From Dudresnaya verticillata (Eukaryota): DNA of 64,000 bases. Position numbers and translations under genes: made by a program. The notes below the pieces were generated by a model, which was not told where the DNA came from, did no database searches, and saw only the letters and a list, made by a program, of their open reading frames with translations. Each line of letters starts with the position of its first letter. Within the stretch, counting starts at the first letter, position 1. The stretch spans positions 248,001 to 312,000 of the forward strand of contig OZ374562.1 in the NCBI GenBank assembly GCA_977862235.1, in the 5' to 3' direction. Shown piece after piece: positions 21,640-34,193 of this stretch.

Positions 21640-23484
21640 ATGTCGCAGGATCTTCCTATCCCTTTGACCACCCATGCGCCGCCCGTCCCGGTCGAGCGGC
21701 GCACGAGCAGCAGCTACACTTCATCCAGCTCGTCCCATGCACTCGACTTGGCTTTTGAGTTGGGCTTGACCTCGCAAGATGGCCAGGCTCTGCAGTATAT
21801 CGACTTTGACGGGCAGCTTGTGTACAAGAAGAGCGACATCAAGAAATCGCGCTCGCTAAAGCAGACCTTCGTACTGTTCACGAGAGCCAGCGCAATGCCT
21901 GTTAGGCCACTTGCTATGGCCATCTTATGGGCAACGACTGCCTCACTCATCACTTGGGGAACTTCCAAGGGTTACGGACCGGAAAAGCGTGGTGAGTGCC
22001 GATGGTGGTGCACACCTTTGGCTGTCGATGGTGATGCTTTGTCATACGTTGGCTTTGCTCTCTTCCTCCTTACAAGCTTCCGCGTGCAAGAGTAAGTTGA
22101 TGCGAGCCGGTCGATGCTTGGTACCTTGAAGAAGAGAAATGTGATAGCGTGCTGACCTCTTCCAAACACCCCGTAATTCAACTCTTGCGTTAAACTGCAG
22201 GGCGTACTCGCGCTACATGGAAGGTGCACGTGTCTGGACAAACATCGGAGGCACCATCACAAGCTTTTCAAAGTACGTTGTACAGGCCTTCGACCCAGGC
22301 ATGTTTCACCGGGGGGACCGGGAGCGCATTCTCGGGTTTCTTGTTGCTTTCCCAGTCGCGTTGAAGCGGGAACTGCGGGGAGAAAGAGACCTTCGTGAAC
22401 TGAAGGGTGTTCTTTGTCAGGACGACCTTGCAAAACTGCAAAATGCGACCAGTATGCCTTCGTACTGTCTATACGTGCTTTCCGGATACGTTATGAGTGC
22501 CAAGACGCAGGAGTCGCGCCTGCCGCAGAGTTTCATTGTGGTACGTTTCTTTTTTCCACCTTGTCTTCTCTGATAAGTGCTTCCTGTTCCACGGAAGTAC
22601 GGGTCTTTCTGAGTCCTTCGCACGCGGTGGGACATTGAAAATCATGTTGATGCTAACAATGGCTGTTGCTGTGGCATGACCCATTGATCTGGACAGCATC
22701 TAATCGGCTGGATTGCTGATCTGGCCGGGGCTGCAGATGTTTGTGGACAAATCAAGACAATGCCGGCTCCGTATTCATACATCAGGTAAGAAAGCGGAAG
22801 ACGTGTTTTGCAGCGAAATAACAAGAGATGAATGCGTGTACACGATGAAGACCATTATGTCTGACACAGCGTCTCTCGCGAATAACGGAATGGGCTGACG
22901 CGGCTTGCAGTCACCTGAATGCGTTTCTTTCCTTGTGGTTGCTTTTGTACGTATCGTGAAATGTTTCCATAACATCTGGGGAAATCTTGCATAGAGTCGG
23001 AATGCTGAGACTGACAAAAGTTACGAATGGGGTTGCGGTTCTACTTGCGAAACTTAACGATGACGCTGGATACAGCCTTCCGTTCGCGCTGGTGGAGTCG
23101 ACGGGGTGGGGAACGATCCTGATCGTTGCGTTCATTTCGTATGGTATCCTGGGAGTGGTGGCGAACGCGGCCGAGTTGGAAGACCCGTTTGGTTCCGGTA
23201 AGTGATACGACTTGTTTGTGCACTCGGCGTGCGATAATGGTTGAAGTAGAAACACTAACACGGTGAAAGTTGGCGGCGGGACGGGATTTCTCTTTCTCTG
23301 GACAGACTACAACGACCTGCCGCTCGGACGGATCGCAAAGGGGATCCAGGATGCGGTGGCGGCGACGTACCACGAGGCGAAGCAGGGCGGGCGCGACAAC
23401 TACGCGCGCGAGGTGAAGGACGACCACCTGGTGCAGAGCGAGGAGTACTGGCTGAAGCCGGCAGCAGTGGGGGTGCAGAGGTGA
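21640..23484 (+). CDS. Bestrophin-like (YneE/VCCN-type) anion channel; 6 exons: 21640-22091, 22201-22540, 22697-22785, 22911-22946, 23076-23197, 23306-23484
   Basis: GT-AG joins give a 405-aa open frame with LLTSFRVQEAYSRYMEGARVW, CGQIKTMPAPYSYISHL and ELEDPFGSDYNDLPL family motifs. Confidence 0.88.
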
Positions 23485-25364
23485 GGCAGTGAGGCTGCTC
23501 AGGTGAGGGGTGGGGGACGCTGCCGAGGAGGGAGCGGGGGCGTCGCGCGGCGCTGGGTGGAATGGACTGCGTGGTCAGCAATGCGAGGTGCACCTCGCAG
23601 CTGGGGGCAGCGCGGCTGCCCTGTTTCCGTGACGGAGCGCGTGGCAAACGCGCGGCGTCAGTCTGTTGTGCTGGCGCGGGGCGACGGCGGGGAGCGCGGC
23701 GGTGATTGGAGCCGGACTGGTGCCGGGTGGGATCGGGTCTGGATCGAGTTGTTGGTCTATTTAGCTGTACCGCTTGTCTGTAGTTGTAGTTGGTACATTT
23801 TAGTGCGGATGTAGAAATTGGTTATACTTGCAGACCGGGCTCGCTGCCGAATGGTCGTCAGCCGTCTGCGTTCGCGGCGGCGGACACTGTGGCAGATGGA
23901 CGGCCCGGATGGCTTGAGCTGTAGCTTTTGTGTATAAAGCGCGAGGAATGCTGAGAAAGAGACTGGGACGTCGTGCGAGGGTGCCGCGAATCTCAATTGC
24001 GCCAGCGCAACGAGATTTTGCGGGCGGCGCTCCCCGGTCCCGATTCGGCAAAAGCCGGCAGACAAGATGAAATCGCAGCGCACGCCGCGACGCTGCTGGC
24101 GAGCGGGCGGAGACGCGAACGGCCGGCCAGCCAGCCGGTCAGTCCGCGCCCGTCCGCGCCGGTAGCCGCGCGCTCGGCGCTAGAGCAGAGACCGCGAGGG
24201 GCGGCGACAATGGCGGCGGCGAGCTGCACTTGAGAGTTCAACTGTACGCTTCCGGTCCACACGTGCAGTGCAGCGCAGTCCAACGCTTCCCGGCGCTGCG
24301 TTGCTGGAGCCGCCCCTTCCTGCCTTCCTGGGCGGTTCCAAGCGGCAGCTGCAACGGGTGCCGCTCCGTCCATCGGGCGTCACGCCGCGTCACGCCGCGC
24401 TGATAGTGCCACCAGCGGCCCTCCGCTCCCGTCCGTCCGTCGGTCGCCGCGCGCGTCCCGGCGCTTTTACCATTGACCGCCGGTGCCACCGGCGGACAAG
24501 ATATCACGCGCGCCGCCGCGCGCGCCCCGTCGCACCACGCTGTCACACACCTGTACCGCATGTACATGTACCTTCGCACGCACACTACCGCGCGCGATAC
24601 ATCTGCACCTTCGGTCCACCGCGCGCGCGCGCTTCCACGCAGACTGCCGCCGCATGAATGCGGCGCGGCTCGCGCCCGAACGCGGCGCTGCAGTCTGTCT
24701 TGCGCGCACGGGTGGCTCGCCGCCGGTCGAGCGGGGCCGTCGCGCGATGGATGGAGGGCGGTACTATGCCGCGCCGCGGTGGCGCCGCGGTCATGGTCCG
24801 AGGGGGAGGCGGAGGCGGCGGAGCGGCCCGTAGTACGCCAGCTTGGTAGCTTGTAGTCGTTTACGCAGTAGTACAGAGAGCTCAGCAAGTCCACCGAAAA
24901 CGCCACCGCACGCGAGGGAGGTGGTCACAGAGGGGAGAGAGAGGGAGAGAGGGAGTGACGGAGAGAGGGAGCAAGGGAGCGACGCACGCGGCACCCCCAC
25001 CAAGTCGGCTCGCGGGCGGTGCGCCGCCGCGCCCCTCCGTCCTGCCGTCGCTCCTCCCCGCCCCTCCGCCACTCCGCCCCCCCCGCCCCTCCACCCCTCC
25101 GCCCATCCGTCCGTCTGTCCGCGCACCCGTGCCGCGCACTGCGCAGGCCGCGGTGCGCGGCGCGGGATGCGCGCACGCGCTCTCGACGAAATAAACGAGC
25201 GCCGTGCGCTGGTCCGCCTGCGCAGCGGCGGGCGCGCGGGCGCGCGGGCGGGGTTCGTTTGCCGAGCGAGACGGCCCGCAACGCCTCGTTGCGTATAATC
25301 CTCCTCGTCTACAAATCGCTTCCAGAAATCCGCCCCCGCCGCGTCTCGCGCCCAGCCCACCTAG

Positions 25365-26615
25365 CTACAACCCGTCCCGCGCCCCCACGTCCGAACTGCG
25401 CACGCGCTGCAGCTTGGCAGACCTACGCCACCACTCCTCCACCCCGCGGTCGGGCGGCGCTGCCGCCTGCCGGCGTGCCGCCCCGCGCCGGAAGATCCGC
25501 TCCCACACCCCCAGCACCTTCTCCTTACCAGCCATGAACGACGATCGCCGCTGCAGCGCCGCAGCGTCCGACGCCGCCCGCGGCCTGCCTCCTCTAAACA
25601 TTCCACCACCGCCATCACCACCGCCCCCGCCTACCGCGTCGTACTCATCCGTCTCGCCAGTCAGCGCCGACAGCACGCTCTCCACGTCCTCCTCCTCTTC
25701 TTCCTCCTCTTCCTCTTCCTCGGCGGCCTTCCCGCCGCGTCCGACGCGCGCGTCAAGCGGTCTTCTATGCAGCGGCTCGTCGTGCAGCCTGTCTGGGACG
25801 TAGCTGGCGGGGCCTGGCGAGGGGTCAAACGGCGGGGCGAAGAGGCGCTGCGTGGCCGAGCGGCGCGGCAACGGCCTGTCGCAGCGCATGCGGCGCACGG
25901 GCTCTTCGCCATCCGCGAGATACTCCGGTGCGTCCTTGTCGTCGCGGCGCAGCAGCGAGGCCAGCCAGGCGCGGGCTCGGGCGCGCACGCGGTCCGCGCG
26001 GGCGGCGTCCGACAGACGCGAGCGGCGCGGCGGCTCGGACAGGCGGTCGGTGACCAGCGACGTGGCCGACAGGCTCTTCGCAAAGCGCGGCGGGGCGCGC
26101 GCGGGGGCGTCGCGCGGGGTGCGCGAAGCGCGCGGGGACGAGGCGGCGGCGTAGGCCCACGGGTCCATGAGCGACGGCGGGGCGGTGACGCGGCGCAGGT
26201 CGCGCACGGCCGTGGGCTCGTTCTCGGCGCGCGTGGAGGCGGCCGAGAGGTCCGAGTGGGCCGGGTGCGGCGGGCGCAGCGCGACCGGCTGTGGCAGGGC
26301 GTCGCGCAGCGACGGGGACAGGCCCGGCGACAGCTGGACCGGCGGGAGGGTGTGCGAGCGCGGGAGAGGGCGCGACGGCGGGGTGTGCGACGGGATGGAC
26401 GAGGTGCGCGGCAGGCTCGGCGGCGGCGGCGGGGTCAGGCGCGCCGCGGCCGGCGAGGACGACACGCGCGGGAAGCGCGGGATGGACGGGGCCGACGACG
26501 GCGGGGTGTCCGTGGACGACGACGCGAACGGCGGGCGCGGGAAGAGGGCCGGGCGGAAGGCCGGCGGCTCGATGGAGGAGTCCTCGCGCGCGGGGGTGGC
26601 GACCGTGGGCGGCAT
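25365..26615 (-). CDS. Hypothetical Pro/Ser/Arg-rich low-complexity protein (416 aa)
   Basis: ATG after a C-rich leader; long ORF with a poly-Glu tract and coherent composition; no recognisable domain. Confidence 0.55.
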   Translation of the reverse strand: MPPTVATPAREDSSIEPPAFRPALFPRPPFASSSTDTPPSSAPSIPRFPRVSSSPAAARLTPPPPPSLPRTSSIPSHTPPSRPLPRSHTLPPVQLSPGLSPSLRDALPQPVALRPPHPAHSDLSAASTRAENEPTAVRDLRRVTAPPSLMDPWAYAAASSPRASRTPRDAPARAPPRFAKSLSATSLVTDRLSEPPRRSRLSDAARADRVRARARAWLASLLRRDDKDAPEYLADGEEPVRRMRCDRPLPRRSATQRLFAPPFDPSPGPASYVPDRLHDEPLHRRPLDARVGRGGKAAEEEEEEEEEEEDVESVLSALTGETDEYDAVGGGGGDGGGGMFRGGRPRAASDAAALQRRSSFMAGKEKVLGVWERIFRRGAARRQAAAPPDRGVEEWWRRSAKLQRVRSSDVGARDGL

Positions 26616-27293
26616 GGTGGGGCGCGGCCGGGGGCAGGGGGAGGGCGGCTGGGGGTGCGGCGGCGGAGGGGGCTGCGGGAGCGCGCTGTTTCCTTTTAGA
26701 GGCCGCGGCGGGGCCGGTGACTGGTGCGGTTGGGGCGAGGCGAACGCAGCGCGTGCGCAAGCGCAAGCGCAAGCGGGATGGCGGGGGGGTTGCGCGTAGT
26801 GCGCTTTTCAGCGCGGTTGGCAACGCCGCCGTGGGACAGGCGCAGGACGCGTGTCGGCGGCGACGTGGCCGAAGGGGTCACGCGCTCGCGCGGCGACTTC
26901 CGACTTCAATTCAGCGGCTCGTTGCGGTTGCTGTTGTTGCGGCGTGGCTGCCGACTTTGGTTCGAGCGGCTATTTCCGGCGCATCATCACCTGTGCGAAC
27001 AATTCTCGACAGCGCTGTAAGCAACAATTCCACTCGGCCGCGCCACGTCACCCCGTCACGCAGCGGCTTACACCCACTGTAAGCGCGTCCTGTACGTTGT
27101 GTAAGAGCATCTCTGTAAGCGCGGCACCGCGTTTGATCTCGCGGAATCTGGGAAGGGAGCACACTTCAACCGCTCTGCTACCGTACTCTGTACTCGCCAT
27201 CGAAGCGCAACCTCGTCGAATCGAAGCGCATCCCCGTCGAGCCGAAGCGCAGCAGCAGCCCCACCTTCACCTACCAATCCCCTCCCCCGCCCA

Positions 27294-28589
27294 ATGCCGA
27301 TGCCGCCCGCCCCAGCCTTCCACACCCCTTCCCCGCTCGCCCGCGCCCCCGCGCGCATCCCCCGCCCACCCCATCCGCGCCGCACCCCCCCCGTGCCCGT
27401 GGCCCGCCGCACCGCCGCGCCAGCCGCACCCGCGCCAGCCGCACCCGCGCCAGCCGCACCCGCGCCCGCCGCGTCGCGCCCGTCGCGACGCCACGTCCTC
27501 GCGCTAGCCCTATCGGCCGTGCTGCTCCCGCGTCCCGCGCGCGCCACAGAACCCCCGTCCCCGCCGCCGCCGCCCGCCGCGTCCGCCGCCGCCACAGCCC
27601 CCGTGTCGGACCGCGTCTACCTGGACATCTCCATCGCTGGCAAGCCGCGCGGCCGCCTCACCCTCGGTCTGTATGCCTCCGCCGCCCCGGAGAGCGTTGC
27701 CGTCTTCAAGCAGCTCGCCACCGGCACCCTCCGCGACCGCAAGGGCCGCACCGCTGGCTACCGCTACTCGCAGGCCGCCAAGGTCGTCCCTGCACGTCAC
27801 GTCGAGCTGGGCCGCGTCCAGCAGATCGACGCCATCAACCAGACCCCTGGTGCCCCGCAGCGCCAGCAGCCCACCATCCCCGCTCCGGAGAACCGTGAGA
27901 CCAACCAGCTCACGCATGATGCCCCCGGGCTCGTCAGTGTCAGGCGCGGCGGCGGCCATTTTGAGTTTCTAGTCGGCGGCATACCGGAGACTGACCTGGA
28001 CGACACCTGGCTTGTTGTCGGCAGGCTCGTCGATGGCTGGGATGTCCTCGATAAGCTGCTTAGCGTTCCGGTTAATCGGAAGACAATCCGTGATGGCTAC
28101 CGGAATGTTGGCCGTGCCATTGGGGATGCCCGTGCCAAAGTTGATGTGCGTTGCGGTTTGCTCATTTTTGTACCTCACGGTTACGCTCGAGGATATAGAC
28201 TTATCGGAGCATTTCTAACGTCTTGTTCGCATTTCCTGTTCTTCTGCTCCTCTGCCGGGATTTTCGCGTCTTGGTATTGTCTCCGTTTCTTTGCGTTGCT
28301 GCCTGTGTCTGGCCTTTTCATTCTTCCATGGCATATTTGCCCTCGGCTGCAACCCTCAGCTGGAAGACAAGGTACGTGCTCCAATTCATTGCAACTTGCG
28401 CTGCAAGGGGTTGCAACCCCATTACATCTCTCTCCATTCTGACATCGTTATGTCAATTTCGTGTGATTCCTTCGGTCGCCTTGCCCTTTTCTCTTGGCTT
28501 TTCGACCATTGACAAACTGCGACGATGGGACTCGCACATTCCTCAAGCCACTGCAAAAGATTCAAATCACAAACTGTGGCCTGTTGTAG
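27294..28589 (+). CDS. Thylakoid-lumen cyclophilin-like protein (CYP26-2-like); exons 27294-28145, 28360-28371, 28548-28589
   Basis: Transit peptide plus twin-arginine signal (SRRHVLALALSAVLLPRPARA); VSDRVYLDISIAGKPRGRLTLGLY, HDAPGLVS, LVVGRLVDGWDVL; spliced C-terminus KVDLEDKPLQKIQITNCGLL*. Confidence 0.85.
27417..27466 (+). repeat. 15-bp tandem repeat (GCGCCAGCCGCACCC)x~3 encoding APAAP in the transit peptide
   Basis: Seen directly. Confidence 0.8.
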
Positions 28590-30029
28590 GACCAGCACTG
28601 AGCTAGTCTGAACTGTGGGATTTGCAAAACTCTTTTTTGTCGTGATCGCTCCCTTCACGCATTGGTCTCTGAGGTGGAAGGTGCAGCTTGTCCGAACTTA
28701 CCCATCAGGTGACAGTGCGCCTCCATCGCACTTGTAGTATGTTATGACACAATATCAGTATCATGATAACTCGTGGGATGCTAGGGCGACGTGTTGCCTT
28801 GTGAAGATACCAACATGTCCGAGACTCTCTGCAGACCTTTTCCTTCCCGCTTCCCTTGCTCCTTTCCTTGAGGTTTACTAGGCTGCCTCCACTTCTGCTT
28901 GGCTGCAGCTGTGAATGGAGCTGTAAAGGGAACTATTTATCCGAAGGAGGCAGACAGCTACTGTCGTCAGGAGTGAACCAACCCACAACGCCCTGAAAAG
29001 CCCTCTCTCATTCCTACAATATGAGCGCTGTTCCTTTGTACAGGTTCAGCGAACAGAGCTTCAACAGTTTCTCCAGATGTCTTCCTGTAGAGTCTACAGT
29101 GTAGACAATCTGTAGGAACCGTGGTTTGAACTGCGTTGTGTAGTGTTGCAGGCTTCGGGACAGAAAAGGAATCTCAGGGGCAAGCGTGTGTCGGGGCTGA
29201 ATCTCAACGTCTCACCATCATGGTGGTGCTGAGATGAACTCATTTGACGCTCCGAAGCGTAGATTTTGCACAAGTGGCTTTCCTAACCGCGGGCTGCAGC
29301 AGAAGCTGCTCAGTCTATGCATGGTTATGGCAGGAAAGGGCGTGTTGGAAGTTCCAGCAAGGGCGCAACGATCACGAGAACAACTCTTCTGCTTACACCG
29401 GCCTAATCATTCGCTGTGCTTGCTCCGGAATTCCCCCTTTCTGGCTATGAGGACAGACCCCCACCCCACCGTGGCCTCAGCGTGCTCTCGGAGAGCACGT
29501 CGGAGATACCATGTTTTGAGCTATCTTTGGCTACAGTACAACGAGTCGCGGGTTTCTGACACAGTTTTTCGTATTGCGACAGGTGAAGGACGATAAGCGC
29601 AGCATCAGAAGAAGACAAGATTTTGGGACTGCGTCCATCCGTAGATTCATCGCAATGCGCGCAGTGCCCCATGCAACCTACGGTGCCTGGAATATTCGAG
29701 CGTATGCCGGTGCCCTGAGTACCCCGCGCAATGAAGTATTAATGCGAGACAGAGATAGCTCAGTGGGAAATGTACATCAATTCAGGCAAAAACTTTCGGT
29801 GCACTCTCAGAACCATCGGGACCCATCTCACAGACTCGTTGCTTTGATCGCACATGTGCCATGTATATGATCTAAGTTAACACGCCCTTGAGCATCTTTC
29901 GACCTCGGCACCATTACGCTTTTGTTTACCAAGAAAGTTGTCGAGCACTTGCGAAACACAACGGCGCGTACTCTACTCCACTAGAACCCCGTAACCATCG
30001 CAATCCGAAGCTCAGCGCGCCTCAACAAC

Positions 30030-30881
30030 ATGGTCTCACAGAGAGAAGCTACGTTCTCTGAGCTGAGGCTCCAGCACCTTCTCGTCTCCACCCCACATGA
30101 CGGAGTCTGTCATGTTCAGCTCGATCGACGACCTGTAAACGCTTTGAACACGGCCGTCTGGTCCGAGCTGTTGCTCACCCTTGACTATGTCGAGAATAAT
30201 CTGTTCCCCAAAACAGTCCGCGTCATGGTCATCTCTTCCAATGCGCGTGGCTCCCTGTTCTCTGCCGGAAACGACCTGACAGAGTTGCATGTCCCGTCAA
30301 CGACCAAGCAACGCTTTACAAAATTCTGGCGCGCAAGCACAACATTTCTGTCGCGATTGTACAGATCTCCGTTGTACACCATTGCTGCAATTCGCGGTGC
30401 TACCCCAGCAGGAGGATGCGTCATGTCACTCTGCTGTGACTACCGCATTGCTCTCAAAAACACATCCATGGGACTTAATGAAGTTGCCATCGGGCTCTCT
30501 GTTCCAAGCTACTGGGCCAGGCTTCTGGTCAGGACCATCAACACAAGAGCTAGAGGTGAGGAAATGATGGCTAGCGGCGAAATGATTCCCGCTGATACAG
30601 CTTATCGTCTCGGACTTATCGACACAATTGTCCAAGTAGGAGGTCGAGAAGAGCTCGTCCAGCAAGCCCTCGTCATGGCCGAGAAGTGGGCTTGCCAAAA
30701 AGACGTGTATGGCCGTGTAGACACCAAAATGTCCCTCAGGAAGGACTTCGCCAACAGCTGGGCTGACTTCACTGAAGACGAGATTCGAAAAGCATGGAGG
30801 CAGCTCTCAGAGCCGAAGACAATCGCGACCTTGGGTGCAATCATGAAACGACTTAGCCAGAAGCAGAAAGCAAAAATGTGA
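30030..30881 (+). CDS. Crotonase-family delta3,delta2-enoyl-CoA isomerase with C-terminal PTS1-like AKM
   Basis: PVNAL, FSAGNDLTEL, AAIRGATPAGGC, CCDYRIA, GLNEVAIGL; ends QKAKM*. Confidence 0.88.
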   Translation: MVSQREATFSELRLQHLLVSTPHDGVCHVQLDRRPVNALNTAVWSELLLTLDYVENNLFPKTVRVMVISSNARGSLFSAGNDLTELHVPSTTKQRFTKFWRASTTFLSRLYRSPLYTIAAIRGATPAGGCVMSLCCDYRIALKNTSMGLNEVAIGLSVPSYWARLLVRTINTRARGEEMMASGEMIPADTAYRLGLIDTIVQVGGREELVQQALVMAEKWACQKDVYGRVDTKMSLRKDFANSWADFTEDEIRKAWRQLSEPKTIATLGAIMKRLSQKQKAKM

Positions 30882-30903
30882 GCCACATTCGCTCTGATCA
30901 ACT

Positions 30904-31806
30904 CTAGAGGCTCAGGCTAGCCTTCTTGTAACTTTTTGATAACAATCCTTCGAAAGGACCCTCGTCGTCCTCCATTGAGCAGTGAATAGGCCGCGCTGTT
31001 CGCGCAAGCTTCTCTTTGTATGCGGGGTGGTCGCAAATAGCACCATTCATGAATTCAAGTTCGTACACACACGACTGGACCTCAATCAAGTCTTTGAGCA
31101 GGTTCAGGCTATCGTTAGGAATCTTCTTCGACATGCCACTAAGCTGCACAGCTTCATCCCTGCATGTGTACTTGACTAGCACGCGACGCGGCTCATTTGT
31201 TTTGTCGCAAACAGTCCCATTCGTAAACAACTGCGTAAAAGCGGCATCCTTTCTCGAAACTTCGGAAACGTTTTTTCTGCGCACAAGGTCGAGATCACGG
31301 TCCAGGCGGCCGAGCACGAAGTGGTCCTCGACCTCGCCCTCCATCGGGTCGCGGTCTTTCGGAATGATATGCTTCTGGACGACGTGTTTCCCATAGCAGA
31401 ACTCGTAGGTCCACCAACCTTCGACGCGAACAAAACATTTGTTCTCATGCTCCCTTAGGAGGTCGTCAATGTCGTCGAAGCGATTCTCGTCGGAGGGCGG
31501 CGCATACGACGCCGTCGCGGTTGGCGGAGCAGGCAGAAGGCAGCGCATGGCCTGACCGCGGGCCGTCACCATTCGCATTGAGGTCACGCCGGGCCTGTCT
31601 TCTGCACCCGCTGAGCCAGCCGCGACGTGCTCCCCGAGGGAGGGAAAGTTGACTTCATACGTAGGGCGGTCGATGTCTCTCTGGTTCACCTCGCCAATCA
31701 CAACAGTTGCCTGACACCATGCGAGCTTCGCAAAGATCGAAATTCCGCAGGTGAAGAAGATAAGACGGAAGGGGCGAGAAAACGGGAAGCGTTGAGGACA
31801 AGGCAT
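30904..31806 (-). CDS. OS-9-like ER lectin (MRH/PRKCSH domain, ERAD)
   Basis: Signal peptide; CFVRVEGWWTYEFCYGKHVVQKH, FTNGTVCDKTNEPRRVLVKYTC, EVQSCVY. Confidence 0.88.
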   Translation of the reverse strand: MPCPQRFPFSRPFRLIFFTCGISIFAKLAWCQATVVIGEVNQRDIDRPTYEVNFPSLGEHVAAGSAGAEDRPGVTSMRMVTARGQAMRCLLPAPPTATASYAPPSDENRFDDIDDLLREHENKCFVRVEGWWTYEFCYGKHVVQKHIIPKDRDPMEGEVEDHFVLGRLDRDLDLVRRKNVSEVSRKDAAFTQLFTNGTVCDKTNEPRRVLVKYTCRDEAVQLSGMSKKIPNDSLNLLKDLIEVQSCVYELEFMNGAICDHPAYKEKLARTARPIHCSMEDDEGPFEGLLSKSYKKASLSL

Positions 31807-34193
31807 CGCAGGACGAAGGGGCTGTCGACAAGCGCGCTGGGATTACAAGGTGATGACGCAGTCGCGATTGCAAGGTGACGACGCAGCCGCGATAGAGTTG
31901 CACGCCTCCTGGATACGACGTCGCGTTGGAAGTATCAGCCGAAGCTATGAATAGGGACAAGGCTGAGAAGCTTCGCTAGTTAGAGAGACGCGCGATACGA
32001 AACTCAGCAGTATGCTGTACAAACGAACGGGGCTGAAGCGATGGATGACAATAAAAGATTTGCGACGTAAGCCTTGCTGGGGCTCTGGGGCACTGGAACA
32101 CTGCTGGCGGAGCACCATCATGAGGCCCAAACGCGTCATTTGCAAGGCATGATTTTCTACGCCGCATTCAGGCCTCCTGCTGAAGTTTGCCCCTCCCTCC
32201 AATCGCTCAATCGATGTCAGCAACTCCCACAATCCAGTGCAATCCAACAATCGGGACAAGTTTACTTCACTTCTTGGGGATCGCCATGCGGCGTCCCAGG
32301 ATGTCAGGGGGTGGCGTTAGCGAAGACTAGCTCGCGCGGGCGATTAACCGCCAGTGCCTTGCATTTCCAGAGGCAGGCGTTCATTTTTGAAACGAGGCGT
32401 TGCGTTTCACAAGAGGTCTGCAGCTTCACACAAAACGCCTTGCGCGGCAAGGGTCAGGCGCCCTTGGCCGGGTGCCCTTTGGACGCCCACCCTGGAGATG
32501 ACGCGGGGGGTAACCTTGCGTTTAAGCTTGCATCCTTCTTCTGGCCTCCCCTAGCAGAACCACCTTGAAAACTTATCACTCTGAGCCCGGAGCTTAAATG
32601 TATCCATTCCTATGATTCCAAAGGGTTTCTCAACGGCCAGTGATTGCAACATTCTGTTGTACAATACAATAATCCTGAAGAAACTGTTCCATTGTTGATC
32701 ATGATGCAGTGAGACTGGTGCCAAATACCCTTGTTCACTCTCGAGAGGGATGAAGAAGGTTATGCAAAGAGCTCAATTAAGACGGACTTATATGCCCTTT
32801 TGCATCGGTCATAAACTACTGTAGTTGCGACTGTGCAAATATGTTAACATCGAACTTCAGGCAGAGCGATCGCATGCCGCTATAAAGAAAAGTATGTAAC
32901 TATAAAAGAAAATCGATTCCATCATCAGTACTTCCTCCGACACTTGTCAACCAGTGCTTGCTCCTCAGCAACCAAGCAAACAAACATTCGCGCTTTCCCC
33001 CAAAAGCCCTACCGCTCAGGCTACGCTACGTTGACCGCAGCTCGCAAAGAGTGACAACTGCTAGCCGCTGAACATGAGGCACATTTCGTTTCCCGGCTAG
33101 GGCTGGTGAACTGCGCCTAAACGTGAAACTTTAACAGCCACACGGAGCCCTGCATTAGACTACTGCTGCAGCCTCTCGACAAGCGTAGAGTAAGGTGGAC
33201 GTCAATCTCCGAACTCTCCACAGAATGATTTATATCGAGTCATGAGGCAAGCCTTGGAGCGTTGTGTCTTGGCCGGTTCTCGAGCAGCTTTGAGCTACGA
33301 AGTGCGCCGACGGTAATCTGGCCTTCTTTCTCACATGTTGGCATTTTCCACCATCCCCACGAGCAAAGCGACAGTTTCATGCACTCCTTTGGCGGAGAGC
33401 TGCAGACCCCAGAATTCCAGCCCTAGTCCACCCAAAAGAATAGACAAAGGAAATACTGTTTCCACGAGGTTTGGTGTTGTGTGCTGCTACTTGTGTTGCT
33501 GCCGAGGCAATCCCCACAATCTTCTTTCCAGAACGGTACTGGTCAGATACGCCTCCCAAATCCATGCACCATCATCCCATTCTGGCCCCTAAATGACCTG
33601 CGCTCGAAGGCACCGTACTTGGTGGAAGAGGTTCATTTCCAAGCGCTTTGCTAATTGTCGCGAAGCGCTGACGTCGCTGATATCTACACACGGCAGCTCA
33701 CGGCGTGGAATGGTGCGGCGGCGTCTGCAGTGATCTACATTAAACATTTCCATGTACTGCTCCAAAGGTCGAATAGGAGTTGAAGTCAGAGCACAGCTCG
33801 TCGTCACTCGGCACACTGCCTAGGCAAGTAGCACCAAGCAAGATTAGGGCAGTCCTCATACCGTACCCCAGTTTTCAAGCTGCTCTGAAAAAAAAGCAAA
33901 TGTGGAAAAAAAAGGATTGTCGCTTGCGGTTGCCATTCACGAAACGACAACCTTTTGAGGTAAGATGCTAGACCATCCATGCGAGGCAAAGGCACGCTTT
34001 TGTAGAAACGAACGTGTCTTCGAGGAGACTCATGTTCCTGGAATCACAGCCTGTTTCACGTTCTGCTTCCTAGTGATTGCCTGAGCAGCCCCGAAATTAT
34101 TGCTTCCAACTGGGCGTTTGCTAGGTCTTCGGTGAAGAAGAAGAAAAGAGACAATCTCTACCGAAGACGGTACAGTCACTGGAAGGATAGATT

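Noticed and set aside
28146..28442. Hydrophobic C-terminal extension of the 382-aa cyclophilin ORF
   Set aside because: Read-through into an intron. The spliced model restores the conserved C-terminus.
33740..33859. 39-aa minus-strand ORF with a signal-peptide-like start (MRTALILLGATCLG...)
   Set aside because: Too short, with no recognisable family or convincing splice continuation.
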